Source of the DNA: Owenia fusiformis
Lineage: Eukaryota
DNA length: 64,000 bases
Direction: 5' to 3'
Assembly (NCBI GenBank): GCA_903813345.2
Contig: CAIIXF020000001.1
Span: 37,634,001-37,698,000, forward strand
Part shown: positions 1 through 14,400 of the stretch, piece after piece
Layout: every line of letters begins with the position of its first letter
How positions within the stretch are numbered: the first letter of the stretch is position 1
Translations under genes and position numbers: made by a program
The notes under the pieces: generated by a model
What the model was told of the DNA's origin: nothing
Database searches by the model: none
What the model saw: the letters and a program-made list of their open reading frames with translations, nothing else

Positions 1-2437
1 ATTTATTTCCGTGTTCTCCACATAGTAATTACACAATGTTTTATCAATTATGTATTTCTGATATAATAGCTATTCTTTTGCAAGAAAGAGATTTAGTGAT
101 TGTTTTGAAAACCGTCAGAAATAAGTAGAACCTAGAATATGAAAAAATCTCCTAACCTCTCAATTGGAATAGATTACAGGTCATAGCCTACATTAGCATG
201 AGGGTAATATGAAAATTGAGCCACTAAAACTGATGAATATGCAACTTTAAGAGGACTTTATTATATCTGACGTGCTAGCTGCCCCGAATTAGCAACCTGG
301 TGATGAAAGTGGTAGCTACCTTCTCGCATCTGGGCTATTATGCAGACTCTATATGAAAAATAGTTTACAAATGATTTATGAGATGAAATGAAGATAATAT
401 AATATTTTAGAAGAAATAACGATCATCCTTTACAGATTAGATTGAAATACCTGTAAGTTAAGTATGACAAAGTATAAAAACACATAGAAAGGTAACAACT
501 GGGGAAACGAATCCTCGGCACCCCGAGGATGCAAAAAACATTTATGAAAGCATCAACGTGATAGTGCCTTGTGGTATCAATACACTTTTTATTACTATAA
601 TTTGCTCGATTAATACCGCCCTTGAATAAGACTATTAAGAAATCAAATAATTATCAAATCATCCACATAGATGTACTGATTGTTACATTGCATATAAAAA
701 GCATCACTGGTAAACTGGTAAATCAAAGCTTGCACACGGAGTGTGATAATCCTTACTCAAACCTGTCAATTTAAGCATCAACCTGAATGATTGTTTTATA
801 TAGGTTGACAGTGAATACATATATCGAATGCATATATATTATATATATAGGTTGACAGTGAATACATATATCTAAGGATAAAGCCCTGAATGTATGTGGA
901 ATAATCATTCCTTGAAGCTGTTGCTTTTCAAAATTTCCTTGGACTTAAAATTCTTTCACACATCGCAAAATATTTTAACATGTCGTTTAAATCATACGAA
1001 ATCTAAAGGACACATTTTCAATGAAACGTTTGACAAGGGTAAAATTGACAAAGCATCGATTTCAATCTGTAGAGTCAATTTGTCACCTTGTAAACCATCC
1101 AAGGAATGACCTTGGATGCGGCGATTGGATATTTAATGCACTGAAGTTATTTGAAATACTATTGGATTGCCTGTCACCTTTATCAAAGTGACAGTCATAT
1201 TACTTGAACCTTTTTTCAATAAATGGATTTACAAATCAATCACTGGTAAATAAATGCATTATTTTGCGATCAAGCTTATTTTTGTATGAACACAATTCTC
1301 AAATAAAGTAAAATGGTCCCCTAATCAATACATAGTTTTTGCTGATACCGTTGGACCAATATAGTTTATACGTATATGCCCAAGTTCTGCTCGAGGCCCG
1401 ATTTTCAAAATGGCTATCATTTTCAAAATGGCCGTCATTTTAGTGTCAATTTTACAGCATTTTAGTTACATCAATAATTATAACTGTAATATTACTATGT
1501 TTCAACTGCAAAACATATATAGGATAGTTAACACACACCTTTATACTACCAATACAATACCACGAACAACCAGGATATTTAACATAATTATAGGATATCC
1601 TATGATTTTGAGGAATATCATTTTTATCTACGAGGTGATATTAATATCTGCACGAGAGAGCGAAGCGAACGAGTGCATATATCAATATCACCGAGTAGAT
1701 TAAAATGATATTCTGAAAAAAAATCATAGGATGTTCTTATTATCCTACAGTTACAAGGAGTGTACTGAATGCACAATATCATTGTAAAATGAATTTCATG
1801 CCAAATAGAGTCAATTTGGCGGGAAATCAACAAGCGGAGTATATCGTCACAATATCCTCCGCATATTGGGTTTTCTGGAGTATATCGTCACGATATCCTC
1901 CGCCCGGAGTATATCGTCACGATATCCTCCGGATATTCATTTTGCCAATAAATATCAAATTTATTTTTTCATGTTATTATACATTTAGTACACTAAGTGT
2001 AGGATAATATAATATAACTTCATTCAACCAGAAGTCAAAATACAACTGAGTGATATTATCAATATTTTCGTGAAAAGGTATCGGTTTTTCAAGAAATTGT
2101 CGTGCTTTCTACAGGTTTGAGAAGTTTTGACCGTGTTCAGACGAAATGTCCAGACGTACTGTTACTAGAGGTATATTTCCATGGTATGGTTAATGTTTCT
2201 ACGAAAAGGAAACGACCATATTGTGTCAAAACGTCGAAATAAATGAGTACTTACATATCTCCCTCCGAAAATACTAACGTCGTAATCTTCCGGTGCTACG
2301 ACGTATAAGAGAATGGGTTGTGTGATTTAGTAACTCAATTTGGGAGAAACATGAGATCATTGTGACCGGGTACTCGGATAGGAATAGAAAACAAAACACA
2401 ACAACATAACAACATAACGTTAAAATATATGTTTTAG

Positions 2438-5400
2438 ATTGAAGGTGCTGATTTTTACAGTTCTCCCCGAGTTTCCCCAGACGGGAAGAAGATCGCATGG
2501 GTCGAATGGAATTTTCCTAATATGGTATTTCAGTATTCTTAGTCTATTATGCTAATTTTCCTCCTACAGTAGATGATGTAACTTCATTATAAAATTCTGA
2601 TATGATAAATTAAACACATACGTCTCCAAATTGAAAAGTTACCTTTCTGAACCTTTTGCCATCTATTAATGCCATTAAAGATGGATCTAGAGAATATTTA
2701 CTGTAATAAAATAACAGATATAATCCGTATCTTCACCATGTGCATGTTATTGTAGCCATGGGACAACACTTCATTATATACGGCCGAGCTTTCAAACAGC
2801 GGGAGTATTGTAGAAAATACAATTTTTAGGGTAAGGAAACATTTAATAAGTATACGATTATAGGGAGAACAAACGAATGACAAAACTGAAATGCATCAAT
2901 GTGTAGCGTGTTTTGATTAAAACTTGTAGAATATAACTGATAAACAAACATTATAGTCTGCTGTTCGATATACTGTACTCTATCGTTCGAGCCCATGTTG
3001 CTGTTACATTTCCAGAGAGTCTGAAGAACTTCATGTAGTAAGATTCATGTTGTTTAGCTCATAAGTTCCCCTCTTAAAGGAACATTCCTTGCCAGACTAT
3101 TTCTCTCCTGATATGGTAGCTACAATCATATATATATACTTTACATATTTAGCAAAACACGGGAAAATGCTTTCATATGGTCAATATTGATCATTTAAAA
3201 AATGTAGTACTCATTCCCAGTAAGCTGCCATCTTTTCAGATTTCTTTCAGGAAGTGATGTCATCGACTCTCACCTGTTATAACCTTGTCTATTACAGTAT
3301 AGGAAAGAAGTACAAAATCACTTCTAAACAAGAAGCTCTTATCTTCTGAGTAAAAATATTTTCAGGAGTTGTCAACTTAGAACTAAAGAAGAGATCATCA
3401 AAAGGATTTTAATCATAGACCAAATTGAAAAAAAATATTCAGCTGGTTTAGTAATTCGAATAGCTCCTTACCTAATGTTATATGCAAATTTGAGAGTCGA
3501 TGCCATCACTTCCTGAGTAAAATTTTAAAAGATGGCAGCCTACTGGATTTGAGCACTACATTCTTAAGTGATCAATATTGACCATTTCAAAACATTTTTC
3601 TGTTTTTTTTTATGAACTTGCAAAGTATGTATATGGTTATAGCTACCATATTAGGAGAGAGATGGTCTGGCAAGGAATACCCCTTTAACTAAAATGTCGA
3701 AATGGAATTGTCAATATCAGATTTATCAGGTGTTAACGTATTTTGCACAATATTATGATTTATTAATATTAAAATAAGGTGTCTGCCGACGGAGAAAGTG
3801 CGATTGAACCAAAATGGAGTCCTCAAAATGAACTTTATTATATCTCGGACAAGACCAACTGGTGGAATCTATATCGGGTTCTTGAAGATGGAACTTCTAA
3901 AATAGTTTTGAAAAGGGATAAGGAAGCATGTCAACCACCCTGGAGATTTCACATGAACTATTATGATTTCTACAAACGAAAGATCATTTCAACCTATGAC
4001 AGGGTAAAACATTTTGGTATAAACAGGCTTTTCATCATCAAAACCGATCGGAAACAATTCGGCTGGGTCAAATATCAAAAGTCCACACAAGCAATTCCAC
4101 CACGATGTTTAATTTTTATCTTATTGAACGAAGTTCTGGCGATATAGAGAACGTCTCAGTTCGTAAGCATGTGCGTCCGTCCGGGCAATAACTTAAATAC
4201 TGTTTGACCAATATCGTTTATATTTCATACGTATTTTACTGCTTATCTTATTTTATAGTACCTGCAAATGATAGACATGGATACTGGGGATGTACAAGAT
4301 ATCCCAACGGACTATCGCACTCATGTTAGATTACAGGCCTCATCGTCTGGTGATGTTTATCTTAGAGCTGAACATTCCACTAACACAGAAGCTCTCTTAA
4401 GGATCAATATTACCACATTAGAGGTATTACTATAGACGTCTAGTTTTTCAAGTACTTATATATGATATAGAAAACTATAATAATATAATATTATATTAAC
4501 GCGGTGTATTCCAAAGAGAGATTTAACTTAAAAACAGGGTCTTTAAATAAATTTGACCCAAACGATTTGTCATAACTTATCATGACTGAAAACCCTTTTA
4601 CCGATTGTGTTCATTCTGTCGGAAATTTAAAGCCCAGAATGCAAAGGGTTTCTAGAAGTCACCATGATTTGGACTATAAAATAAACGATGTATGCCATGG
4701 GGGTCAACAACTGCTCAACGGGTTCTACAGAGCCTCAATCAGTGATTTCAACAAGGTTACGCCACACCCCATACCACAAACCAGAGCTTGCAGTGGTTGC
4801 AGATACAGTTCGGCAATCGAATAATGAGCAGAAGGACTGAAAAGTGAATGGGTCTTCCATAGCCCAGACAAGAACCCACTAGATTTTTATCTGTGTGGGT
4901 TTCTGAAAGATAACGTCTACCAAGAAGTATTGCTGATCTGAAATGAGAAAAACAAGTAGAATCTAGCAGAAAACAGTGAAAGAATGCAGTCGTGTGATTG
5001 ACCGTTTCTCCCTTAGAGTTCAAGTGTGCTTGCAGAGGCGATGTCGCTACCTGGAATATATCATGAAACCTAGAATAATTCCACAACTGCCGCCTGGTCA
5101 ATTAAATCAATGCCATGTGTACCAAAAATGAAGTACCATATAGTCTTAGCAGTGTGATCCAATTTTTGAACACCCTGTATATTATTGCAACACGTTTTAA
5201 TTAACGGAAGAATTCTGAATATTAAACTTTATTTTTGCTTATCCCAAATCGTGGTTTGAGCGTTGAACACTAACCCAGATATTGTCTCAATATAATGCAG
5301 TTACTTAATCATTGTAATTTCATATTATCATATGTTTTAGGTATCGGTTGTAAAAAAGTCCCAGATTCTTGATTTTGGCCCGGGTTATATCAGTCAACCA

Positions 5401-8400
5401 CGTGAAATCGAATTCCCGACGGGTGACAATAACACTGAAGTAGCATATGGATACTATTACCCACCAACAGTAAGTTTTGTTGAAAATTGCTAAGAAAACA
5501 ATTACATAACGATATACGAGTACAATAAGTTCCAGATGGGTTATGACCAATGTTGTCGATTAGAACGTAACGTGGACACCATTACTGTCTGTAAATCTGC
5601 AACATGTAGTCTTCTAAGACAGGAAAGGTAGCGTACAGATTAATCCCAATTTGTTGTGATATTAGGACAATTGTCCACCCGCATAAACATACTTGATCAA
5701 ACCAGACTTATTTTATTGCTCGAAGGGCTAAAGACTATGGTATTTCAGTAAAGTTATCCATTTACTTTAAATTCTCTCGACCAGTCAAAACGATGTCACA
5801 TTCCACTGATCTATATCGCCTTATTACTGGCCAATACACTATACCCACTGGTTAGTCTCAGGAGAAGGTATCGTCGGTTTGGACTCTGGATCAGAGTCTA
5901 ATCTGACTGGCTTATATGACTTATTCAAACATGGCTATTTTGTGTTTTTCAATTGAATGCAGCATAGGCGTACTTTAATTCTCCATGCATGAACGACAGT
6001 GAATTATCTGGAAATCTAGGAAACGTTACATCTAATGCGAATTTTGACGAAATAATGAAAAGTAAACAATATTTTCTTCATTTTTTAAGTTTGAATGGGA
6101 GTAAATGATGATAGGCCATTCGATATGGTGCAATTCCACACTCGTTACTCGTTAGACAGATTGTCAGTACAAATCCAGTCATCTTCGGTTCGTGATATGA
6201 CGATATTTTCCATCGTTTAAAGAAAGTTAACTTTATTTTTTGTTTCGCCAATGTTTCTAGGTAACTGATTTGTAGTGATACGGTAACGTTATGGTAGTTT
6301 ATATTGGAGGGTTAAGATATTCTAATTCATGTAGCAATACAGGCTGATGCTTGTTGCTCTTATATATGACGTCATAATAGCTGTTTATAAAAACAAGTTC
6401 GTCAATGTTAGGAACAATGCTCGAAATTATAATATAGGGGATATTGAACAAATATTTCACTCTATTGAGGTGAATACCTGTACATCTTTCACAAGTGATA
6501 TTCCACCAAGGGAAAGATCAATACCCGGTGATTTCAGCGGGAAGTGGCGTTTCGTTCATTGGATGAGCTGCGCGCGCACGCATAAATGTGATTATCCAAT
6601 ATAATTAGGGGAGGGCTATTTGAAGTAGTTTTTGGTCTCAGGCGCGACCCAGGGCTGTTGTCTTAAGGACATTTCGTTGAAAATGAGCCATTCGGCTGAT
6701 AATTGGTAAGAGTTTGCGATCTTATAATGTATAACTGTTACTCAGACACATATTTTGACACGATTCTGTTGGAAATAAGCTTTGAACCGAGAGATATTCA
6801 CGATTGATATGCACATTTTTGATTGTGCCATTGCTTTTCTATTGCACAACCCATGTATTGATAGAAGAAACATTAATAATACAGATTGGTTTACCTTCAA
6901 TACATGGCAGACACTACATATCGGTCTATTAATACCAGTTTGTGCCTTAAATAGTTTTATATTTCCATCCACGGCCTGGAGCCTGGGTGTGTTTGTCTCT
7001 TATGTGTATGCTTGTGCATGGACTTCAAATCACTAGCAGAATTTAACATGATGCAAACTCGACATTATAACTCATGCTGTAACATTTTGACTTCGCTGGA
7101 AAACAATAGGAATTATTTTTCTTGCCAATCAATCATGAATCACAATTAAAATTTCAGAATGATCAATCAGGCAATGATCCAAATCAAGTTATAACATTAT
7201 ATGATATTCAGCAAGAAGGCCGGTAGAAATACAGAATATTTAAACATCAAAGCTGAAAGTTAAAAGCTAATCTGTCAATTTTCTGTCTGCAAAAGAGTGT
7301 CCCAAGAGCGTTTACATTTGACACAATAACAGACTGAGGCTTTGAAATCTAGGATTCCCCAGGAAAATATGACGTCATACTAATTAGCATAAGGATTTCC
7401 CTATTGGTCTGGGTCGAGCCTTGTTCGAAAACACAATCCATAAATACATGCTAATTTCTAAGGAGATAGGAAGTGTATAACGTGTTTATCGATTTTGTTT
7501 AAAGATTTAATCAATTATCAAATTGTTTAAGTGGATAAAGTGGTCACACTTGCTTCAATTCATAGCGAAATCGACGGATAGAAACTGACCGAATTCCCGA
7601 TATCCTACCCCGTATTACTGTAGGCTATAAGCACAGTGACCTACAGAGGGCGCTATCACAAACAAGTACTGGACGAACCGATAAATTCCCGGGTATTGTA
7701 ACGCCCTTGATTCCACGAAGCCCGAAGGGCAAGTGGAATATCACCTTGTGAAAGTGCTACAGGTATTCACCGAAAATAGAGTGAAATATTTGTTTTATTA
7801 TATCACTGTCTAGCTAAACATCCCTAATATTATTAAGTCATTAAGTCTTCAGATATTTTTACGAATCTACTCGGTTCGTCTGCCATTTTGACTTACACTG
7901 AACTAAATTATTTACACTGAACGAAAACAAATTCTTTGAAAATTCCCGGGAGCATGGGATATCGCTAGATATCTCACGGTTGTCTTATTTGATTAGCATT
8001 GCCATTGAATATCGCCAGATATCCCACGACATGTGACCCGGTTTTGAACAATCATACTGTCGCTAGCTAGATAGTGATATATATAGTGATGAATTATTAT
8101 ATCGCTATCTAGCTAGCGACAGTATGATTGGTCAAAACCGGGTCACATGTCGTGGGATATCTGGCGATATTCAATGGCAATGCTAATCAAATAAGACAAC
8201 CGTGAGATATCTAGCGATATCCCATGCTCCCGGGAATTTTCAAAGAATTTGTTTTCGTTCAGTTCAGTATATCTGCCCGCTGATGAAAATATAAGTTTTT
8301 ACAAACCGGCTTTATGTACCCGTAACACGTCCAAGTATGGGATAAAACTTCATATTTACTGTTTTTGTGTTGTGTTTTTTGTTTTGGGACTGGTCCATTG

Positions 8401-11400
8401 TAACATTTCTGATATCATTTATGGAATGAACAGCATGTATGTTTGGTCGGGGTCTAACCTTTATTTATTACAGAACATAAATGTGAAATTAAAGATATCA
8501 TTGGACCGTGGCGAACAGTATATTATGGAGTCATTGTGTCCTATATTTTGATGTTCAAATATCAAAGCCGAATGTCAACTACAAAGTGGTTTATCCGATG
8601 AAAACTAAAAATATCGAGAGCCATCATTTACTGTGCGTCCGCCATCTTGAAAGCGAATATACACTTTACGCGCATATCCATCAGTCGTCAGTAGCGTTAC
8701 TGTATGTGTATTCACAATTACATTTCTACCAACTTTATCCCCTTAAGGGTAACTTAATGTCGTACCTCAACGAACACCCTGTATATGTTATATATATTAA
8801 AGCATACATAGAGATAAACATACATTAATCCAACATTCAGATTGTGTTTTGAAAATTATCTTTAGAATCGAGACTGCTTAGGTCCTAGAGGATCTAAACC
8901 TCCTCTGGTAATAAAGGTACACGGTGGACCAACGGTAGCCACTCGCGATTCCTTCTTGATGCTCTTCCAGTTTTGGACGAGTCGAGGATGGGCAGTTTTT
9001 GATGTGAACTACAGAGGAAGCACGGGATATGGAAGGGAGTATAGGCAGAAACTATATAAAAAGTAAACGCCATATCGTATATTTTACAGTGTATTGTTTC
9101 TATTCTATTACATATACGAGTGCGTAAAATTGATCATATTTGTACAAATGAGTAAAAAACTGGATTTAAACATATATTAACTTGGTTTTGAGGAGATGAT
9201 TCAGGTTTCTATAATTTCAAAAATGAAAAAATTATAGACGATTTATTTCGCTTGGTTCCGGTTGCGTCTTACTTGCTACTACCATGTTTTTAGTTTTGCT
9301 TGTGTTAATTCTGTCTCCAATATAAGTACGGAGCAGCAAAGCATATGTCTACAATAGATTGTATCCCTTTTGGTGTTTAGTTGGGGCGTATATGATGTTG
9401 AAGATATCGTAAAGGGAGCGCTACATATAGTGAAACTAGGCCTTGCCGACAGAGAAAAATTGGCTATATCTGGTGGATCTGCAGGGGGATATGTTGTTCT
9501 GTCTGCACTAACATTTTACCCCGAGATCTTCAGGGCAGGTATGTTCAAAGCAAATGAGATAAAGATCAGTATTAAGATTTAAAATTATGTAGCATTACCT
9601 CATGGGGGATTGCTACAATATGCATACGTTAGGTTTCATTGGTATAATCTTTACAATTGCAAATATATTTTAAGTATAACATGGATTCCAAACAGATTAT
9701 CGTGTGTTGTTTTTTATAATTGTCGACAACTGTGATATCATCATCTACATGTATCTCAGGTTATCGAGTGCAAAAGTAACGCCAATAATTGATTTACACA
9801 GGTGCAAGCTATTATGGTATATCGGATATGGAACTTCTTGTTGGTCAAACACATAAGTTTGAAAGTCGATACGTTGATATGCTGATAGGACCATGGCCGG
9901 AAGCCAATCAAACCTATTACGAACGCTCTCCAGTTTACTTTGCAGACAATCTGAATGCGCCTATCATATTTTTCCATGGGGAAAAAGATTGGGTACGGTA
10001 AATAACGTCCTTCACTTGACTACGTATATTTTGTAATGATAAGTCTCGGATTCTCGTACTATGCAAATAATCGTTACCAAGTATACTTTATATGTTTATG
10101 AATTATAAATTCAGAGTTTAATCAGACGCCAGAACAGCAAAAATGAAAATAATAGGTGGGTTAATTACATTTGGACTTCATTTAAGGATGCAAATGTCCC
10201 ATTAAATTACCGTTGGGCAACATAAAAATGTATCCAAAGACACAATATAGATGGCGCTTTATATTGGAGATATTGTATTTTGCGTTTTTCAAAATGACCA
10301 CCAAAAATATAACAGAGATGATATCTTCGCAAAAGTGTATGCTACAAAAACAAGATCGATGTCAAAATCTTAAATTATGCGATTGGAGAATCAACTTAAT
10401 TACATATAGGTGTCAGGTTTTGTGAAATAATAGTTTTCACTTTATGTTGGAAATATACGCATTTATTCAAAATGGCCGCTGAAAATATAACAAAGATTGT
10501 GTCTTTGCTAAACCTACTATCACACCAAACTAGTTCTCACTACGTTCTCGATAACGGGCTTCAACTGTGTACGAACGGACTGGACCTACTAAGAACCGTT
10601 TGGGATCTATTTACAAACTTCATCGAACGTACTCGAACGGGTAGGTCCTCTAGAACTTAGACAATGCTCAAAATGTTCTCGTGGTCGTCACGTTTTACAA
10701 TTAGAACGAGTGACAACGTACTAACGACGAGCTGGACGTACTACGAACGGAACCGTCGTACTTCAATCCTACTAGGGACGTTTTAACAACGAGTTGAACT
10801 GTCTAAGGACGTGTTGAGAACGAGGTAGAACCAATTGCAAACGGGTTTAAACTGATTTAGAACGTATTTAACACTGCTTATGAACGAGTTAGCAAAAATA
10901 TAGCTATCACACCAAACAAGTTGCCACTGCGTTCTTCAAAACTGGTTTTAAACTGTGTGCAAACGGAATGAACGTAGCTGCAACTTTCTAAGGTCTATTT
11001 ACGAACTTTATGAACGTTCTCAGACGGGAATGTGATTTTAGAATTTTGAATCGATTCAAAATTCGATGGCGACCATACCGTTCGGTAATCAGGTCATGTT
11101 GACCTTCTAGACTAAGGGACGCGTTCTACTACGTTGCACACCGACGTGGTGCGACCTGAACGAACTGCGAACGAGATGGACGTATTGAAGACTGTTTAAG
11201 AACGAAGAAGCTAATTATTTCAGACATATTTCCCGACCACAGCCAGATTGAACCCGTTTTACGACGTTTTCGTAGGACTGGCAAGAACGGGTAAGAACTA
11301 GTTTGGTGTGATAGGGGGGTAAGGAAGATTGTATCTTTGCTAACGGAGGTTGTATCTTTGCTTCATGGCATAGCTTTTTTACCTTAACACGACAGAATAG

Positions 11401-14400
11401 CATGTGTATTTAGCTTTCAATGTTTTTAACTCAGATTCTCGTAATACAAGAGACAAGAAACACCAGTCTCTTGCATAACTTGCGTAAACATGCATCTGCA
11501 ATAGTAGTGCAACTTTAGTTGATGCAATGCACCATGCATAAGATAGGAATATGATAGATAGAAACTGTTGAGGACAGACATACCACAGTGGTTAGAAGAG
11601 GTATATCCAGAATTATGGCAATGTCTATACTTTCTATACATTGTCTAAACTTTCTATACTTTCGATCTCCTTTTTCATACAATCTGCCTTCGACGTTTCT
11701 ATACTTTCTATACTTTCGAACTGCTTTTTCATACCAACTGCCTTTGACAAATCAGATGTCTATAGTTTCTATACTTTCGAAATGCCCTTTCATACTAACT
11801 GCCTTTGACAAAGCATATGTCTATAGTTTCTATACTTTCTATACTTTCTTTCTGCTATTTCCCAGAACTGTCTTCGACATATCAGATGTCTATACTTTCT
11901 ATACTTTCGATCTGCTTTTTCCCATAACTGTCTTCGACAAATCAGATGTCTATAGTTTCTATACTTTCGAAATGCCCTTTCATACTAACTGCCTTTGACA
12001 AAGCAGATGTCTATAGTTTCTATACTTTCTAGTATACTTTCGATCTGCTTTTTCCTATAACTGTCTTAGACAAATCAGATGTCTATAGTTTCTATACTTT
12101 CTATACTTTCTATCTGCTATTTCCCAGAACTGTCTTCGACATATCAGATGTCTATACTTTCTATACTTTCGATCTGCTTTTTCCCATAACTGTCTTCGAC
12201 AAATCAGATGTCTATAGTTTCTATACTTTCTATCTGCTTTTCCCCAAAACTGTCTTCGGCAAATCAGATGTCTATAGTTTCTATACTTTCGATCTGCTTT
12301 TCCCCATAACTGTCTTCAGATGTCTACAGTTTGTATACTTTCTATATGCTTTTCACAAAACTGTCTTTGACAAATTAGATGTCTATAGTTTCTATACTTT
12401 CTATCACATTGTCGTTTTACAATACATTGAGGCAATTCACCAAAATCGAAAGTGACCAAGAAACTTATGACGTACGTCACATATTGTTTTACAATGTATA
12501 GAAAGTATCGAAAGTATAGACATAGGGATTTCACCAAAATGTAAAGTATAGAAAGTATCGAAAGTATAGACATAGGGAATTCACCAAAATCAAAAGTATA
12601 GACAGTATAGAAAGTATAGACATGTATAGACTTTAGAGAGTCCAATCGTCTAGGACTGAAAAAAAGTATCATTTAAAAAAAAGCAGTTCGAAAGTATAGA
12701 AAGTATAGAATATGCCATAATTTTGGATATACATGGGTTAGAAAGGTTCAGAACTCAGAAAAATTTTAAGGGCTACATAGTGCATAGTACGTCAGTATTG
12801 CAGAACCCTCTTCATCTCCTCTGACCAAATCATACACAATGCCCCTGAGTCTTCTACCAATATCCGACTAAGCATGTAATCCAAATCCCTAGCCAAAAAA
12901 GTGATAAAAAGTGAAAATGTTTATTAATTGAAAGACATTAATTTGGGTGACCATTTGGTCAACTGTACCAATAATATTTAGACAATATAATATCTAAGGT
13001 CTAACATAGTATAATGCAACCATATTATTTTGAAGAGATATCTACGTAATAGCTAATTCCTGCTCTGAGCAGCCACTTATAATTTTCTGAGACATGAATC
13101 AGAAAAAGAATACCATCTTCATTTGAGTGTAATATAGCCCTAATTTGAAGGGATCAGAAAATAATTCCGTAATCCTACATTAGGTAGCCAATTTTAAATG
13201 TACCAGGCCGAATCAGAAGAACGTTACAAAATTTGCAATCCACTCTAAACTGCCTTTCATTTGAGTATGATAAAGCTATACCATCAGACAGATCTCAAAA
13301 TTAACACAAATTACTGCTTTCCGCCCCCCCCCAAACATATCCCCTGTGGGTCAGGATGAAACACGCGGAATATATGACACATAGATAGATGTTGTGAATA
13401 TATTTATGACGTGCACGGACCTGGGGACAATTCGGGAAATGCGGGCTTATCTCAGCTTTGAACGTTAATCTCTGCCTTATTTAAAAAGGCAACTATGTGT
13501 TTTACATATCATTTTGAAGTATTTTTTATTCGCATTTCAATGAAATTATTTTTCCTTCAAAATTTTGATGGGATCCAACACATTTTTAAAGTTAAATATA
13601 CTCCGACATCGTCAAATACGCTGTAAGACGTAACACTTTACGCTTACAGGGCTCGTTGAAATTGAGATAACTTTTGAAATAATGATCAAAATCCCACTTT
13701 TTCACAATTTATTCAATGGAACATTTGCATTTATGACGTCACAATTGCTTAACGGCTACATTTCAAATTATCTTATACGAACGCTTTTAAAATTTTCAAA
13801 ATTGTGTAAGGTATTGAAGGCGAATGGGACGAGCAATAAGTTTACCTTCATTTAACCTTCTAATTTAGGTCTGATTTGAAAGAAAATTTAACTGCACAAT
13901 ATTGTCATGGCGAAATTTACAAAACAATAACCGGTTTGTTTATTTTGCAAATAATATCAAAATAAGAGCTGGTTTTCGAGACTTGAAAAAATGTGACGCA
14001 TCGATTTTTTACCACAAATTCCATACATATCAATTTTTACTAACGCCCCAAGTGGATTTCTTGACCGTTTTTCAAAATTCAAAAACATTTTAGAAATATT
14101 GTCCTCGAGATCTTGCTACCCTGTAAATTTTGTAATGATTAGATAAGGATAAAGTATTTTATTTTTAGGTTGACTAAACTTGTAAAAAATGTGACGCTTG
14201 TCGTTTTTGACGTTGTAAGGCTGTTTGCGCCCTATACTGCTCATTGTTTTGTTTTGTTTTTTGACGCCATAATGTTAAGCTAATTGTCCCCAGTTTCGTG
14301 CGACGTGTAACCAAAAGGAGAGGGAGTTGTAGGATAAATCGGGGGAGTTTTTCACGCATTTCGCTAAATAAGCATTTTATTGACTATAAGATTGCACCAT

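Noticed and set aside
2115..2170. AG...GT-bounded segment as the missing upstream exon of gene 1
   Set aside because: No frame resembles the corresponding paralogue 2 exon ([12 protein letters not shown]...).
11588..12672. Phe/Tyr-rich ORFs, and the Gly/Pro-rich ORFs at 61550-62073
   Set aside because: Translations of satellite and low-complexity DNA.
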